A program made the position numbers and the translations under genes. The notes below the pieces were generated by a model. The model made no database searches and had not been told where the DNA came from. It was given only the letters and a program-made list of their open reading frames with translations. From the NCBI GenBank assembly GCA_965238005.1, contig OZ250165.1:3200001-3264000 (forward strand): a stretch of 64,000 nt of DNA, written 5' to 3'. The stretch comes from Longimicrobiales bacterium (GTDB lineage Bacteria; Gemmatimonadota; Gemmatimonadetes; Longimicrobiales; Gaopeijiaceae). Shown piece after piece: positions 31,392 through 40,928 of the stretch; position 1 is the stretch's first letter, and every line of letters starts with the position of its first letter.

Positions 31392-32009
31392 TCAGTTCAG
31401 CTCGGCGAGCGCCTCCAGGATGTCTTCGTTCGTCGGCCGAATGCGGTAGTCGATCTCGATGAATTTCCAACGGACCTCACCTCGCTTGTCGATAACGAAG
31501 ACGGCGGGGTGCGGGACCGACCGCTGCCGCGACTCGTCCGGATTGAACAATCCGTAGCGATCGATGACCGCGTGATCGGGATCGGATAGTAGCGGAAACT
31601 CGATAAGCATACCGTCGTCCTCGGCGACCCGATCGATCATCATCTGCTGCTGCTCGAGCTCATCCACCGAAAGCGCAAGCAACTCAGTATTCTCCCTCCG
31701 CTCTGGAGAAAGGAGTTCTCTCAGCTCACCGAGCTGACTGGCGCAGTAGGGTCACCAGTGGCCCCGGTAGAAGACCAGGACGACGTTCTTGTCATCGCGG
31801 TAGTCGGACAGCGTCGTCACCGTTCCCGCGTACGTCATCACCGAAAAGTCGGGCGCGATGTCGCCCACCGCGACCCTACCCGTGTCGATGGCGGGAAGGT
31901 CGAAGCCATCGTGCGGTCCGAGGCGAATCTCCGGCCTCGCCGTGAGCCAGGCAGTAACCGCCAGCGCAGCGGCAAGTCCCAAGAATACAACCAACCCTTT
32001 GGCTTTCAT
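31392..32009 (-). CDS. AhpC/TSA (peroxiredoxin-like) selenoprotein, Sec at TGA 31754-31752 (W-U-P-Y-C)
   Basis: ORFs 31752-32009 and 31392-31682 are in one frame: APDF...VVLVFYRGHW-U-PYCASQLGEL...LALSVD...FPLLSDPD...PAVFVID; 205 aa; SECIS-like hairpin. Confidence 0.88.
31721..31737 (-). promoter_or_regulatory. Putative bacterial SECIS hairpin
   Basis: TCAGCTC-GGT-GAGCTGA perfect 7-bp stem; loop starts 21 nt after TGA. Confidence 0.75.
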
Positions 32010-32127
32010 TCCGTCTCCGTCCCATGCAATGGCAACCCAGGAAAGCGACCTTGAAGGTCGTCGGTTCGCCCCGCCCAGGCGGCTTTGTTCCCAAATTCGT
32101 CGTCGAGTGGGAGTCTGGCAATAGTGT

Positions 32128-32200
32128 CGAGCAGCATCCGGACCGGGTCCGGAGCCTGGTGCCGCATGGCATCTGGATGCTGCGGGACGAGGAGATCCAC
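32128..32200 (+). pseudogene. Short proline-iminopeptidase-like remnant
   Basis: EQHPDRVRSLVPHGIWMLRDEEI resembles the HPERVxxLVLRGIF motif. Confidence 0.3.
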
Positions 32201-32354
32201 CGGGAACTGGTGGCTGCCACCACCAGGATCGCGGAGACCGGATCCCCCGTGCGCTGAACAGGAAAACGGTGCCGCAACACTTCCCACCTCTTCGGCTTCC
32301 CCGTGAGGTCCATCATGTTGTACCGTCTCACAAGGACCTGAACCGACCTAGGCC

Positions 32355-34634
32355 CTACCTCTCTCCCGCCGGCACATGATCCATCAGATACCGGGTCAGG
32401 AGAGAGTAGACGTGCAGGGTGGTCCCGGCGCCCTCGTAGATCCCGTGGGTCCGGTTCGGATAGGCCATCATGTCGAAGGGTTTGCCCAGCTCGATGAGAC
32501 GGTTGATGAGGGCCTCCGTCCCCTGATAGTGGACGTTGTCGTCTCCGGTCCCATGAACCAAGAGGAGGCTTCCTTCCAGCCCCTGGGCATAGGTGATGGG
32601 GGAGCCCCTCCGGTAGCCCTCGCTGTTGTCCTGGGGCAAGCCCATGTAGCGCTCTTGGTAGATGGTGTCGTAGAAGCGCTGGTCCGGGACCGGAGCCACG
32701 GACATGCCGGTGCCGAAGATCTCCGGGTAGCGGAACATGCCGTTCAGCGTCATGGACCCCCCACCGCTCCACCCCCAGATGGCCACCCGCTCCGAGTCCA
32801 GGTAGGAGCGCTCCTCCAGGAGCGCCTTCACCCCCATGGCCACGTCCCGGGAGGCAAGGGTCCCCACTTCCCCATAAACGACCTTCCGCCAGGCCCGACC
32901 CTTGGGGGCCGGGGTCCCCCGGGGGTCCAGGCTAAAGACGATGTATCCCTGTTGGGTGAGATAATGGTGCCAGAGGGTGGTCATTCCGTACCAACTGTTC
33001 GTTACGGTCTGGTTCCAGGGTTCACCGTAGACGTAAACCAGGACAGGGTACTTCCGGGCAGGATCGAAGCCCGCCGGGGTCATAATCCATCCGTCCAACT
33101 CCACCCCGTCTTCTGTCTGGACCTGGAAAAACTCGGCGGAGGCGGAGCGGACCCGTTCCACACGGTCCCGAGGGCCGACATTCGATACCAGGGTCCGAAC
33201 GGCACTGTGCTGCGGCAGGCGCACCAGGGAAATGACGGGGGGAATCTCGAAAGTGGAGGTCGTGTGTATAGCCCAGTCGCCTCCCGGGGCTATCTGGTAC
33301 TTATGGGTCCCCGTGGCCTCGGCCGGGGTCAGGCGCTCGGCGGCCTCAGGATCCCCTTCCAGAGGAACCCGGAAGAGGTAGCGGGCCGTGGCATCGTCCG
33401 GAGAGGCGGTATAATAGAGCCAGCCACTGCTTTCATCGATGAGGGCGATGGAGAGGATGTCCTGCCCTGCCGGAGTCAGGGCCGTAACCTGGGATCCATC
33501 CCGGCTCACCCGGTAGGCCCGCCGCCATCCATCCCCTTCGCTCACCCAGGTAAAACTCCGGCCCCCATCGAGCCACATCAGGTCGTCCACAACGTCGACC
33601 CAAGCCTCGTCGGCATCGGTGTGGACGGTTCTGACGGCCCCGGTAGCAGCCTGCCCCAGCACGACCTGGAGCCGGTTCTGCTGCCGATTCAAATACTGGA
33701 TGACCACTTCGTCGGAAGAAGCAGCCCACTCCACCCGGGCCGGGTAGTTGTTCCGGGGATCCCCCTCCAGATCCATCCAGACCGTCTCACCCCCGATGGT
33801 CGGAACCACTCCCACCCGGGCGGCGGAGTTCGTGGTCCCTGCCTTGGGATACTGGATGGGGATGGTGTAGGAGTAGAGGGAGTCGGTGTTGTTGATGAGG
33901 AGGAAGTCCCGAATCCCCGTGGCGTCGAGCTGCCAATAGGCGATGCGGGTGCCGTCCGGGCTCCACCTGAACCCGTCCTGGAGATGGAACTCCTCCTCGT
34001 ACACCCAGTCGAAAGTGCCGTTGATGGTGGTCCGTGAGCCGTCGTCGGTCAGGGGGCTGATCGCCCCGGTGGCCAGGTTCTGGACGTAGATGTTGTGGCT
34101 CTGGACATAGGCCACCCGGGTCCCGTCCGGAGAGAACTTGGCGAACATGAGGGTGGCTTCAGGGAAGTCGGGACCCATCTGGGTGAGGGTTCCGGCCTCC
34201 CGATCCAGTACCCAGTAATCCCCCCGGGTGTTGTCTCGCCATACCCGGCGAGTGTTGGTGTAGATGAGGACCTTGGATCCGTCTGAAGACCATTCATACC
34301 CCTCCACGGCCACAGGCCGGGTCGACCCAGAGGGTATCAGCTCGGAGGCCGGGATCAGGACCTCCGTCCCCCCCGACTCCGCCTCATAGGCCACGATGTC
34401 CACCCCTCCCCGGAGCTGCCTTGAGGCCTCCAGAGTGGTGTACCGCCCGTCCCGCAACCACCGGGCGGGCCCGAATCCCTCTTCCAAGAACTCCGCCGAG
34501 GTGAACAGGCGCTCCAGGGTCAGTGCCTCCTCCTGGGCCGCGGAGGCCAAGGGGGCGCACACGACCAGGAGCGTGAGGAGCAGGAGAGTCCTGGCCCGGA
34601 CGGGGAATGGCGTGCGAGAGACGGAGACACTCAC
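32355..34634 (-). CDS. Dipeptidyl-peptidase IV (S9B)
   Basis: DWVYEEE, YGEP, GWSGGG, HGTGDDNVH, NRTHG; signal peptide. Confidence 0.92.
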   Translation of the reverse strand: MSVSVSRTPFPVRARTLLLLTLLVVCAPLASAAQEEALTLERLFTSAEFLEEGFGPARWLRDGRYTTLEASRQLRGGVDIVAYEAESGGTEVLIPASELIPSGSTRPVAVEGYEWSSDGSKVLIYTNTRRVWRDNTRGDYWVLDREAGTLTQMGPDFPEATLMFAKFSPDGTRVAYVQSHNIYVQNLATGAISPLTDDGSRTTINGTFDWVYEEEFHLQDGFRWSPDGTRIAYWQLDATGIRDFLLINNTDSLYSYTIPIQYPKAGTTNSAARVGVVPTIGGETVWMDLEGDPRNNYPARVEWAASSDEVVIQYLNRQQNRLQVVLGQAATGAVRTVHTDADEAWVDVVDDLMWLDGGRSFTWVSEGDGWRRAYRVSRDGSQVTALTPAGQDILSIALIDESSGWLYYTASPDDATARYLFRVPLEGDPEAAERLTPAEATGTHKYQIAPGGDWAIHTTSTFEIPPVISLVRLPQHSAVRTLVSNVGPRDRVERVRSASAEFFQVQTEDGVELDGWIMTPAGFDPARKYPVLVYVYGEPWNQTVTNSWYGMTTLWHHYLTQQGYIVFSLDPRGTPAPKGRAWRKVVYGEVGTLASRDVAMGVKALLEERSYLDSERVAIWGWSGGGSMTLNGMFRYPEIFGTGMSVAPVPDQRFYDTIYQERYMGLPQDNSEGYRRGSPITYAQGLEGSLLLVHGTGDDNVHYQGTEALINRLIELGKPFDMMAYPNRTHGIYEGAGTTLHVYSLLTRYLMDHVPAGER

Positions 34635-34782
34635 GGTTCTTCCTTTCCTGGGGAGTTCACAAAACACGCATCATCGGTCCCGGCCAGATATCCCGCAATG
34701 CTTTCCATGGGGTATAGGGCCGAAATTGGATATGGTGGCCATCCATCCTGAAATAACTGCGACGAAGGCCTGCTATTCGGGC

Positions 34783-34817
34783 CCGTACGTATACTCACGA
34801 TATAAAGATACGTATAC
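34783..34817 (-). repeat. TACGTA module copy 2 (35-bp exact inverted copy of 18313-18347)
   Basis: CCGTACGTATACTCACGATATAAAGATACGTATAC. Confidence 0.8.
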
Positions 34818-34820
34818 CTC

Positions 34821-34990
34821 TCCGAAGAGGAACTCGGAAGGCCGGACACCCAAAGGAGCTGTGGCTGGCGAAAACCCAGTCCACCCTGAGATCATTGATC
34901 GTACGGTCCGTCTCGGAAGGCGGTTTCGAGGGTGCGCATTACACGACGGACATGACCCGACCCCCTCCACTGTCTCCCGCTCGGGCGCCG
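34821..34990 (+). mobile_element. IS91-like end repeat (copy 0) joined to transposase C-terminal scrap
   Basis: Similar to 37693-37847 and 40929-41082; followed by TRPPPLSPARAP (34955-34990). Confidence 0.5.
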
Positions 34991-35016
34991 CGGGCACCGC
35001 GCAAAGCGTGGTCGGG

Positions 35017-37326
35017 TCACTGCCCCCCGGGCGGGAGATGCTCGAGCCAATACCGTGACATGAGCCGGAAGAGATGCGGCCGGGTCTCTTCTCCTGCCCT
35101 CATCCCATGATTGCGGTTGGGGTACAGCATGTACTCGAACGGCTTGCCTAGCTCGATGAGCCGATTCACCAGATGCTCGACGATCTGAATATGGGTGTTG
35201 GTCTCGCCCGAGCCGTGCACGATGAGGAGGCGCCCCCTCAACCCTTCGGCATAGTAGAGCGGAGCGGCGACGCGGTACCCCTCGGGATTCTCCTCGGGCG
35301 TCCGCATGAAGATCTCCTGGTACCACGCGTTGTACAGATCTGCTTGTGGCTTCGGCACGACGGCGATGCCGACGTGATACTGATCCGGCTTTCTGAAGAG
35401 CGCGTTCAAGGTGTTCGTGCCGCCGCCGCTCCACCCCCAGATCCCCACGCGTGACAAATCGACGTAAGAGCGCGTGCGGCCCAGCTCGCGAAGTCCGTCC
35501 GCCTGTTCTTCCGTCGACAGCGGACCCAAGCTTCCGAAGACCGCCCGGCGCCATGCCGCACCCTTGGGCACGGGCGTTCCCCGATTGTCCATCGTGACCA
35601 CGAGGTACCCTTCGTCGGCGAGGGCATGGTGGTAGAGGCTGTGGTCCTGGGTGGAGCCTGTGGCCGTGCTGAGCCATTCATCCAGGACTCTCTGCCCCGC
35701 AGGCTCTCCGTAGACGAAGACGACCACGGGGTATTTCTTGCCCGCATCGAAGTCCCGGGGCTTGATCATCAGCGCGTCCATCACGACACCGTTCCCGATG
35801 TCCAGCGTGAAGAACTCGGTCGGGCCGGCGATCCACGCTTTCAACTTCTCACGAAGCGCGGCGTTGTCCTCCAGCACGCGCACGGTGCGGTGCGCCGGCA
35901 GCTCGATCAGCTCGAACACCGGCGGCGTGTCGAAGGTCGAGTATGTATGGACGGCAAAGCGGGCGTCGGGTGAGAAATCGTAGCTGTGCGTTCCGGGCTG
36001 ATCTTCCGGCGTCACCCGCTCAGCGTCTCCAGTCGCATCCAGGCGCACGCGATAGAGATACTTCTGGGTGCCGTCGTCGGGTGACGCATGGTAATAGAGC
36101 CAGCCGCCCTCCTCGTCGATCGTTCCCTTCCCGCGCGTCACGATGTCGTGCGCACCGCGAGTGAGCAGCGTCTCCTTCCTGCCGTCGCGCGAGATGAGAT
36201 ACGCATGCCGCCAGCCATCCTTCTCGCTCACCAGCACGAACGCCTGCCCGTCGTCGCCCAACCAGTCGACGCCGCCGTTCGTCTGGTCACTGCTGTCCAC
36301 CCAAGCCGAGTCGGCTTCTTGGTAGGCGCTACTGACCCTGCCGGTTCGAACGTTGGCGAACAGCACATTGCGCCGATCGCGCGCTCGGGATAGCTGCTCC
36401 ACGACGAGCTCCTCGGAGCTCCCCGCCCAATCGAGGCTTCTCAGGAAGAACGTTCCTGGCTGGCCTGGAAGAGCCATCCAACGGGTCGGGCCGCCGTCGG
36501 CGCTCACCACACCCAGGCGCAGTTTCGCGATCGGAGTTCCCACCTTCGGAAAGCGCAAATACTCTGCAACCGGATACAGGCTCTCCGTATAGTTGATGCG
36601 CGGGAACACCCCGACCTCGCGCGAGTCCACCTGAATGTAGGCGATCTGCTCGCTGTCAGGGCTCCAGCGCACACCGCCTCCAGGCCCCCAGTCGCTGACG
36701 CCATTGCCCAACGATCCGGGCATCCCGTCGTGCGTGAGTCTGGTATTCCGGCCACTCGACACGTCATGGACGTACAGATTGTGCCCATGGATGTAGAGGA
36801 CACGCCGGCCATCGGGAGAAAGCGCATCCCCCACCCGGCAGGACGCGACTCCGGACAGGACCATCCGCAATTCTGTGGACTCCAGATCGAGCAACCAACA
36901 ATCGCTGACCGGGCCGCCGTCCGGCAGCTCGCGCGTGTTCGCTTGGAGAAGTAGGCGCCGCCCATTCGGCGAGAGCCCGAAATCTTCGATGACGAGGGGC
37001 CCGGATGTGCCGGATGGGACTAGCTGCGACGAGGACCGGATCACCTCGCGTGTGCCGCTGGCGGCATCATAGCGCACGAGCTCCTGCGCCCCGTCGGAGG
37101 TGGCCTCGAGCGTGAGAAGGCCGGATCCATCCGGAAGCCAAAGCGCCGATGGACGTTTGGCCTCCATCTCGTTCGTCTCATAGATCGCACGGATCCGTGC
37201 ATCCAGCTCCGCAGGCAGCTCGGGAGAAGGAACGATCGCCGGTGATCCGCCGCCGCACGCGAGGAGAAGAGAGCAGCACGACAGCACGAACGCGGTCAGC
37301 GTGGTCCTGCGGGGACATGGGGACAT
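35017..37326 (-). CDS. S9B/DPP-IV-like peptidase lipoprotein, atypical (no EE motif, HGSGETNTH)
   Basis: LLAC lipobox; propeller + GWSGGG + NRNHG. Confidence 0.9.
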   Translation of the reverse strand: MSPCPRRTTLTAFVLSCCSLLLACGGGSPAIVPSPELPAELDARIRAIYETNEMEAKRPSALWLPDGSGLLTLEATSDGAQELVRYDAASGTREVIRSSSQLVPSGTSGPLVIEDFGLSPNGRRLLLQANTRELPDGGPVSDCWLLDLESTELRMVLSGVASCRVGDALSPDGRRVLYIHGHNLYVHDVSSGRNTRLTHDGMPGSLGNGVSDWGPGGGVRWSPDSEQIAYIQVDSREVGVFPRINYTESLYPVAEYLRFPKVGTPIAKLRLGVVSADGGPTRWMALPGQPGTFFLRSLDWAGSSEELVVEQLSRARDRRNVLFANVRTGRVSSAYQEADSAWVDSSDQTNGGVDWLGDDGQAFVLVSEKDGWRHAYLISRDGRKETLLTRGAHDIVTRGKGTIDEEGGWLYYHASPDDGTQKYLYRVRLDATGDAERVTPEDQPGTHSYDFSPDARFAVHTYSTFDTPPVFELIELPAHRTVRVLEDNAALREKLKAWIAGPTEFFTLDIGNGVVMDALMIKPRDFDAGKKYPVVVFVYGEPAGQRVLDEWLSTATGSTQDHSLYHHALADEGYLVVTMDNRGTPVPKGAAWRRAVFGSLGPLSTEEQADGLRELGRTRSYVDLSRVGIWGWSGGGTNTLNALFRKPDQYHVGIAVVPKPQADLYNAWYQEIFMRTPEENPEGYRVAAPLYYAEGLRGRLLIVHGSGETNTHIQIVEHLVNRLIELGKPFEYMLYPNRNHGMRAGEETRPHLFRLMSRYWLEHLPPGGQ

Positions 37327-37534
37327 CGCTAGGCACCTCCCTCACGACAGATGGGCAGCAAAGCTTTCGGCGGCCAGCGACCCGGCCGCGCCGTCGCTGT
37401 CAGAATAGCTCGAGGTATGTAACGGCCGCTTTGCGGCCGCATGCTTTCAGATTCGCTGAGGCCGATCTTCTTGTCCCCGAAGCCTCGCCCGAAATGTGGT
37501 GCCTGACAGCCAATAAAATGAAGAAGACCAACAG

Positions 37535-37670
37535 TGTTAGCGGCGGGTGAAAATTTCCCGGAATCGGCGGGCGAAAATGTCGCACCGTCACGGTTCCGGG
37601 TCGCCGGTTGATCGTTCCCGCTTGTCTCACTCGTAGGTAATGGCTGCCGCGCGACCGATGCTTCACCTTC
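37535..37670 (-). mobile_element. IS21-family right-end remnant with degenerate istB C-terminus
   Basis: TGTTAGCGGCGGGTGAAAATTTCCCGGAATCGGCGGGCGAAAATGTCGCAC (TG terminus, tandem subterminal repeats); RGSHYLRVRQAG resembles IstB end. Confidence 0.65.
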
Positions 37671-37692
37671 GGCCTCCCTCGCATCATACGCA

Positions 37693-38224
37693 TCCGAAGA
37701 GGAACTCGGAAGGGCGGATACCCGGATACCCGAGGGAGGCTGTGGGTGGCGAAGACCCCGTCCGCCCTGAGATCATTGATCCTACGCTCCGTCTCGGAAG
37801 ACGGCTCCGAGGTGTGAGTGGGGAGCAACTCCGAAGGCACGGTGTGTGCGGAGCTCCAGGTGTGGCGTGAGCCACTCCGGGCCGGCGTACTTCCTCGCGC
37901 TGGGCCTCCCTCATCGCGCGCATCTACGATGTCCTGCCGCTCGTCTGCCCGGGGCACCGCGCGAAGCGTGGTCGGGCCTGTTCGCGTTCGATCAGTCGCT
38001 GCCTGACTGAGAGCACACCCCAGGCCTTTGTCCCTTTGGTTTGAGAGTCCACCCCACTCACCCACCGCCGCCCATCTACGCATGCGTTCTTCCCATTCGA
38101 GCATCGCGAATGTCTGAGCGCGCGCTCGATCGTCGAGCGCTGGCGTGAGACCTCATGTCGGCCGGGTCTGGTCCTCCCCCCCACGTTATCGCGACCCGTC
38201 AAAGGGCTTTTGTTTTACCTATCC
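37693..38224 (+). mobile_element. Internally deleted IS91/ISCR-like element
   Basis: End repeat 37693-37847; RWASLIARIYDVLPLVCP (37898-37951); oriIS-like GGGCTTTTGTTTTACCTATCC 38204-38224. Confidence 0.55.
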
Positions 38225-38261
38225 TTTCAAGGGAGCAGATGGAAGGTGCGTATCATCGAGG

Positions 38262-40562
38262 TCACCTCCCGCCGGGCGGGAGATGCTCGAGCCAGTACCG
38301 TGACATGCGCCGGAAGAGATGCGGCCGGGTCTCTTCTCCTTCCCTCATCCCATGATTGCGGTTGGGGTACAACATGTACTCGAACGGCTTGCCTAGCTCG
38401 ATGAGCCGATTCACCAGATGCTCGATGATCTGAATATGGGTGTTGGTCTCGCCCGAGCCGTGCACGATGAGGAGGCGCCCCTTCAACCCTTCGGCATAGT
38501 AGAGCGGAGCGGCGACCCGGTACCCCTCGGGATTCTCCTCGGGCGTCCGCATGAAGATCTCCTGGTAGCGCGCGTTGTACAGATCTGCTTGTGGCTTCGG
38601 CACGACGGCGATGCCGACGTGATACTGATCCGGCTTTCTGAAGAGCGCGTTCAAGGTGTTCGTGCCGCCGCCGCTCCACCCCCAGATCCCCACGCGTGAC
38701 AAATCGACGTAAGAGCGCGTGCGGCCCAGCTCGCGAAGTCCGTCCGCCTGTTCTTCCGTCGACAGCGGACCCAAGCTTCCGAAGACCGCCCGGCGCCATG
38801 CCGCACCCTTGGGCGCGGGCGTTCCCCGATTGTCCATCGAGACCACGAGGTACCCTTGGTCGACGAGGGCACGGTGGTAGAGGCTGTGGCCCTGCTGACC
38901 TCTTCCCCAGTCATCCAGGACTGTCTGCCCCGCAGGCTCTCCGTAGACGAAGACGACCACGGGGTATTTCTTGCCCGCATCGAAGTCCCGGGGCTTGATC
39001 ATCAGCGCGTCCATCACGACACCGTTCCCGATGTCCAGCGTGAAGAACTCGGTCGGGCCGGCGATCCACGCTTTCAACTTCTCACGAAGCGCGGCGTTGT
39101 CCTCCAGCACGCGCACGGTGCGGTGCGCCGGCAGCTCGATCAGCTCGAACACCGGCGGCGTGTCGAAGGTCGAGTATGTATGGACGGCAAAGCGGGCGTC
39201 GGGTGAGAAATCGTAGCTGTGCGTTCCGGGCTGATCTTCCGGCGTCACCCGCTCAGCGTCTCCAGTCGCATCCAGGCGCACGCGATAGAGATACTTCTGG
39301 GCGCCGTCGTCGGGTGACGCATGGTAATAGAGCCAGCCGCCCTCCTCGTCGATCGTTCCCTTCCCGCGCGTCACGATGTCGTGCGCACCGCGAGTGAGCA
39401 GTGTCTCCTTCCTGCCGTCGCGCGAGATGAGATACGCATGCCGCCAGCCATCCTTCTCGCTCACCAGCACGAACGCCTGCCCGTCGCCCAACCAGTCGAT
39501 GCCGCCGTTCGTCCCGTCGCTGCTGTCCACCCAAGCCGAGTCGGCTTCTTGGTAGGCGCTACTGACCCTGCCGGTTCGAACGTTGGCGAACAGCACATTG
39601 CGCCGATCACGCGCTCGGGATAGCTGCTCCACGACGAGCTCCTCCGAGCTCCCCGCCCAATCGAGGCCTCTGAGGTAGAAGTCTCCTGGCTGGCCTGGAA
39701 GAGCCATCCAACGGGTCGGGCCGCCGTCGGCGCTCACCACACCCAGGCGCAGTTTCGGGATCGGAGTTCCCACCTTCGGAAAGCGCAAATACTCTGCAAC
39801 CGGATACAGGCTCTCCGTATAGTTGATGCGCGGGAACATCCCGACCTCGCGCGAGTCCACCTGAATGTAGGCGATCTGCTCGCTGTCAGGGCTCCAGCGC
39901 ACTTCGCCTCCACGACCCCCCCAGTCGCTGACGCCATTGCCCAACGATCCGGGCATCCCGTCGTGCGTGAGTCTGATATTCCGGCCACTCGACACGTCAT
40001 GGACGTACAGATTGTGCCCATGGATGTAGAGGACACGCCGGCCATCGGGAGAAAGCGCATCCCCCACCCGGCAGGACGCGACTCCGGACAGGACCATCCG
40101 CAATTCTGTAGACTCCAGATCGAGCAACCAACAATCGCTGACCGGGCCGCCGTCCGGCAGTTCGCGCGTGTTCGCTTGGAGAAGTAGGCGCCGCCCATTC
40201 GGCGAGAGCCCGAAATCGTCGATGACGAGGGGCCCGGATGTGCCGGATGGGACTAGCTGCGACGAGGACCGGATCACCTCGCGTGTGCCGCTGGCGGCAT
40301 CATAGCGCACGAGCTCCTGCGCCCCGTCGGAGGTGGCCTCGAGCACGAGAAGGCCGGATCCATCCGGAAGCCAAAGCTGCGATAGAGGACTTTCGGCCTG
40401 CATCTCGTTCGTCTCATAGATCGCACGGATCCTTGCATCCAGCTCCGGAGGCAGCTCGGGAGAAGGAACGGTCGCCGGTGATCCGCCGCCGCACGCGAGG
40501 AGAAGAGAGCAGCACGACAGCACGAACGCGGTCAGCGTAGCCCTGCGGGCACAAGAGGACAT
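38262..40562 (-). CDS. S9B/DPP-IV-like peptidase lipoprotein, atypical (paralog of 35017-37326)
   Basis: Same motifs; differences cluster in a few loops. Confidence 0.9.
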   Translation of the reverse strand: MSSCARRATLTAFVLSCCSLLLACGGGSPATVPSPELPPELDARIRAIYETNEMQAESPLSQLWLPDGSGLLVLEATSDGAQELVRYDAASGTREVIRSSSQLVPSGTSGPLVIDDFGLSPNGRRLLLQANTRELPDGGPVSDCWLLDLESTELRMVLSGVASCRVGDALSPDGRRVLYIHGHNLYVHDVSSGRNIRLTHDGMPGSLGNGVSDWGGRGGEVRWSPDSEQIAYIQVDSREVGMFPRINYTESLYPVAEYLRFPKVGTPIPKLRLGVVSADGGPTRWMALPGQPGDFYLRGLDWAGSSEELVVEQLSRARDRRNVLFANVRTGRVSSAYQEADSAWVDSSDGTNGGIDWLGDGQAFVLVSEKDGWRHAYLISRDGRKETLLTRGAHDIVTRGKGTIDEEGGWLYYHASPDDGAQKYLYRVRLDATGDAERVTPEDQPGTHSYDFSPDARFAVHTYSTFDTPPVFELIELPAHRTVRVLEDNAALREKLKAWIAGPTEFFTLDIGNGVVMDALMIKPRDFDAGKKYPVVVFVYGEPAGQTVLDDWGRGQQGHSLYHRALVDQGYLVVSMDNRGTPAPKGAAWRRAVFGSLGPLSTEEQADGLRELGRTRSYVDLSRVGIWGWSGGGTNTLNALFRKPDQYHVGIAVVPKPQADLYNARYQEIFMRTPEENPEGYRVAAPLYYAEGLKGRLLIVHGSGETNTHIQIIEHLVNRLIELGKPFEYMLYPNRNHGMREGEETRPHLFRRMSRYWLEHLPPGGR

Positions 40563-40770
40563 TGCTAGGCACCTCCCTCACGACAGATGGGCAGCGAACG
40601 TTTCGGCGGCCAGCGACCAGGCCGCGCCGTCGCTGTCAGAATAGCTCGAGGTATGTAACGGCCGCTTTGCGGCCGCATGCTTTCAGATTCGCTCAGGCCG
40701 ATCTTCTTGTCCCCGAAGCCTCGCCCGAAATGTGGTGCCTGACAGCCAATAAAATGAAGAAGACCAACAG

Positions 40771-40905
40771 TGTTAGCGGCGGGTGAAAATTTCCCGGAAT
40801 CGGCGGGCGAAAATGTCGCACCGTCACGGTTCCGGGTCGCCGGTTGATCGTTCCCGCTTGTCTCACTCGTAGGTAGTGGCTGCCGTGCGACCGATGCTTC
40901 ACGTT
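40771..40905 (-). mobile_element. IS21-family end remnant (duplicate)
   Basis: Same TGTTAGCGGCGGGTGAAAATTTCCC end as 37535. Confidence 0.65.
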
Positions 40906-40928
40906 CGGCCTCCCTCGCATCATACGCA

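Larger units (their letters stand above)
35015..37847. repeat. ~2.8-kb direct repeat copy A (peptidase + upstream region)
   Basis: Near-identical to 38260-41082; offset 3236 bp at start codons and IS21 ends. Confidence 0.92.
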
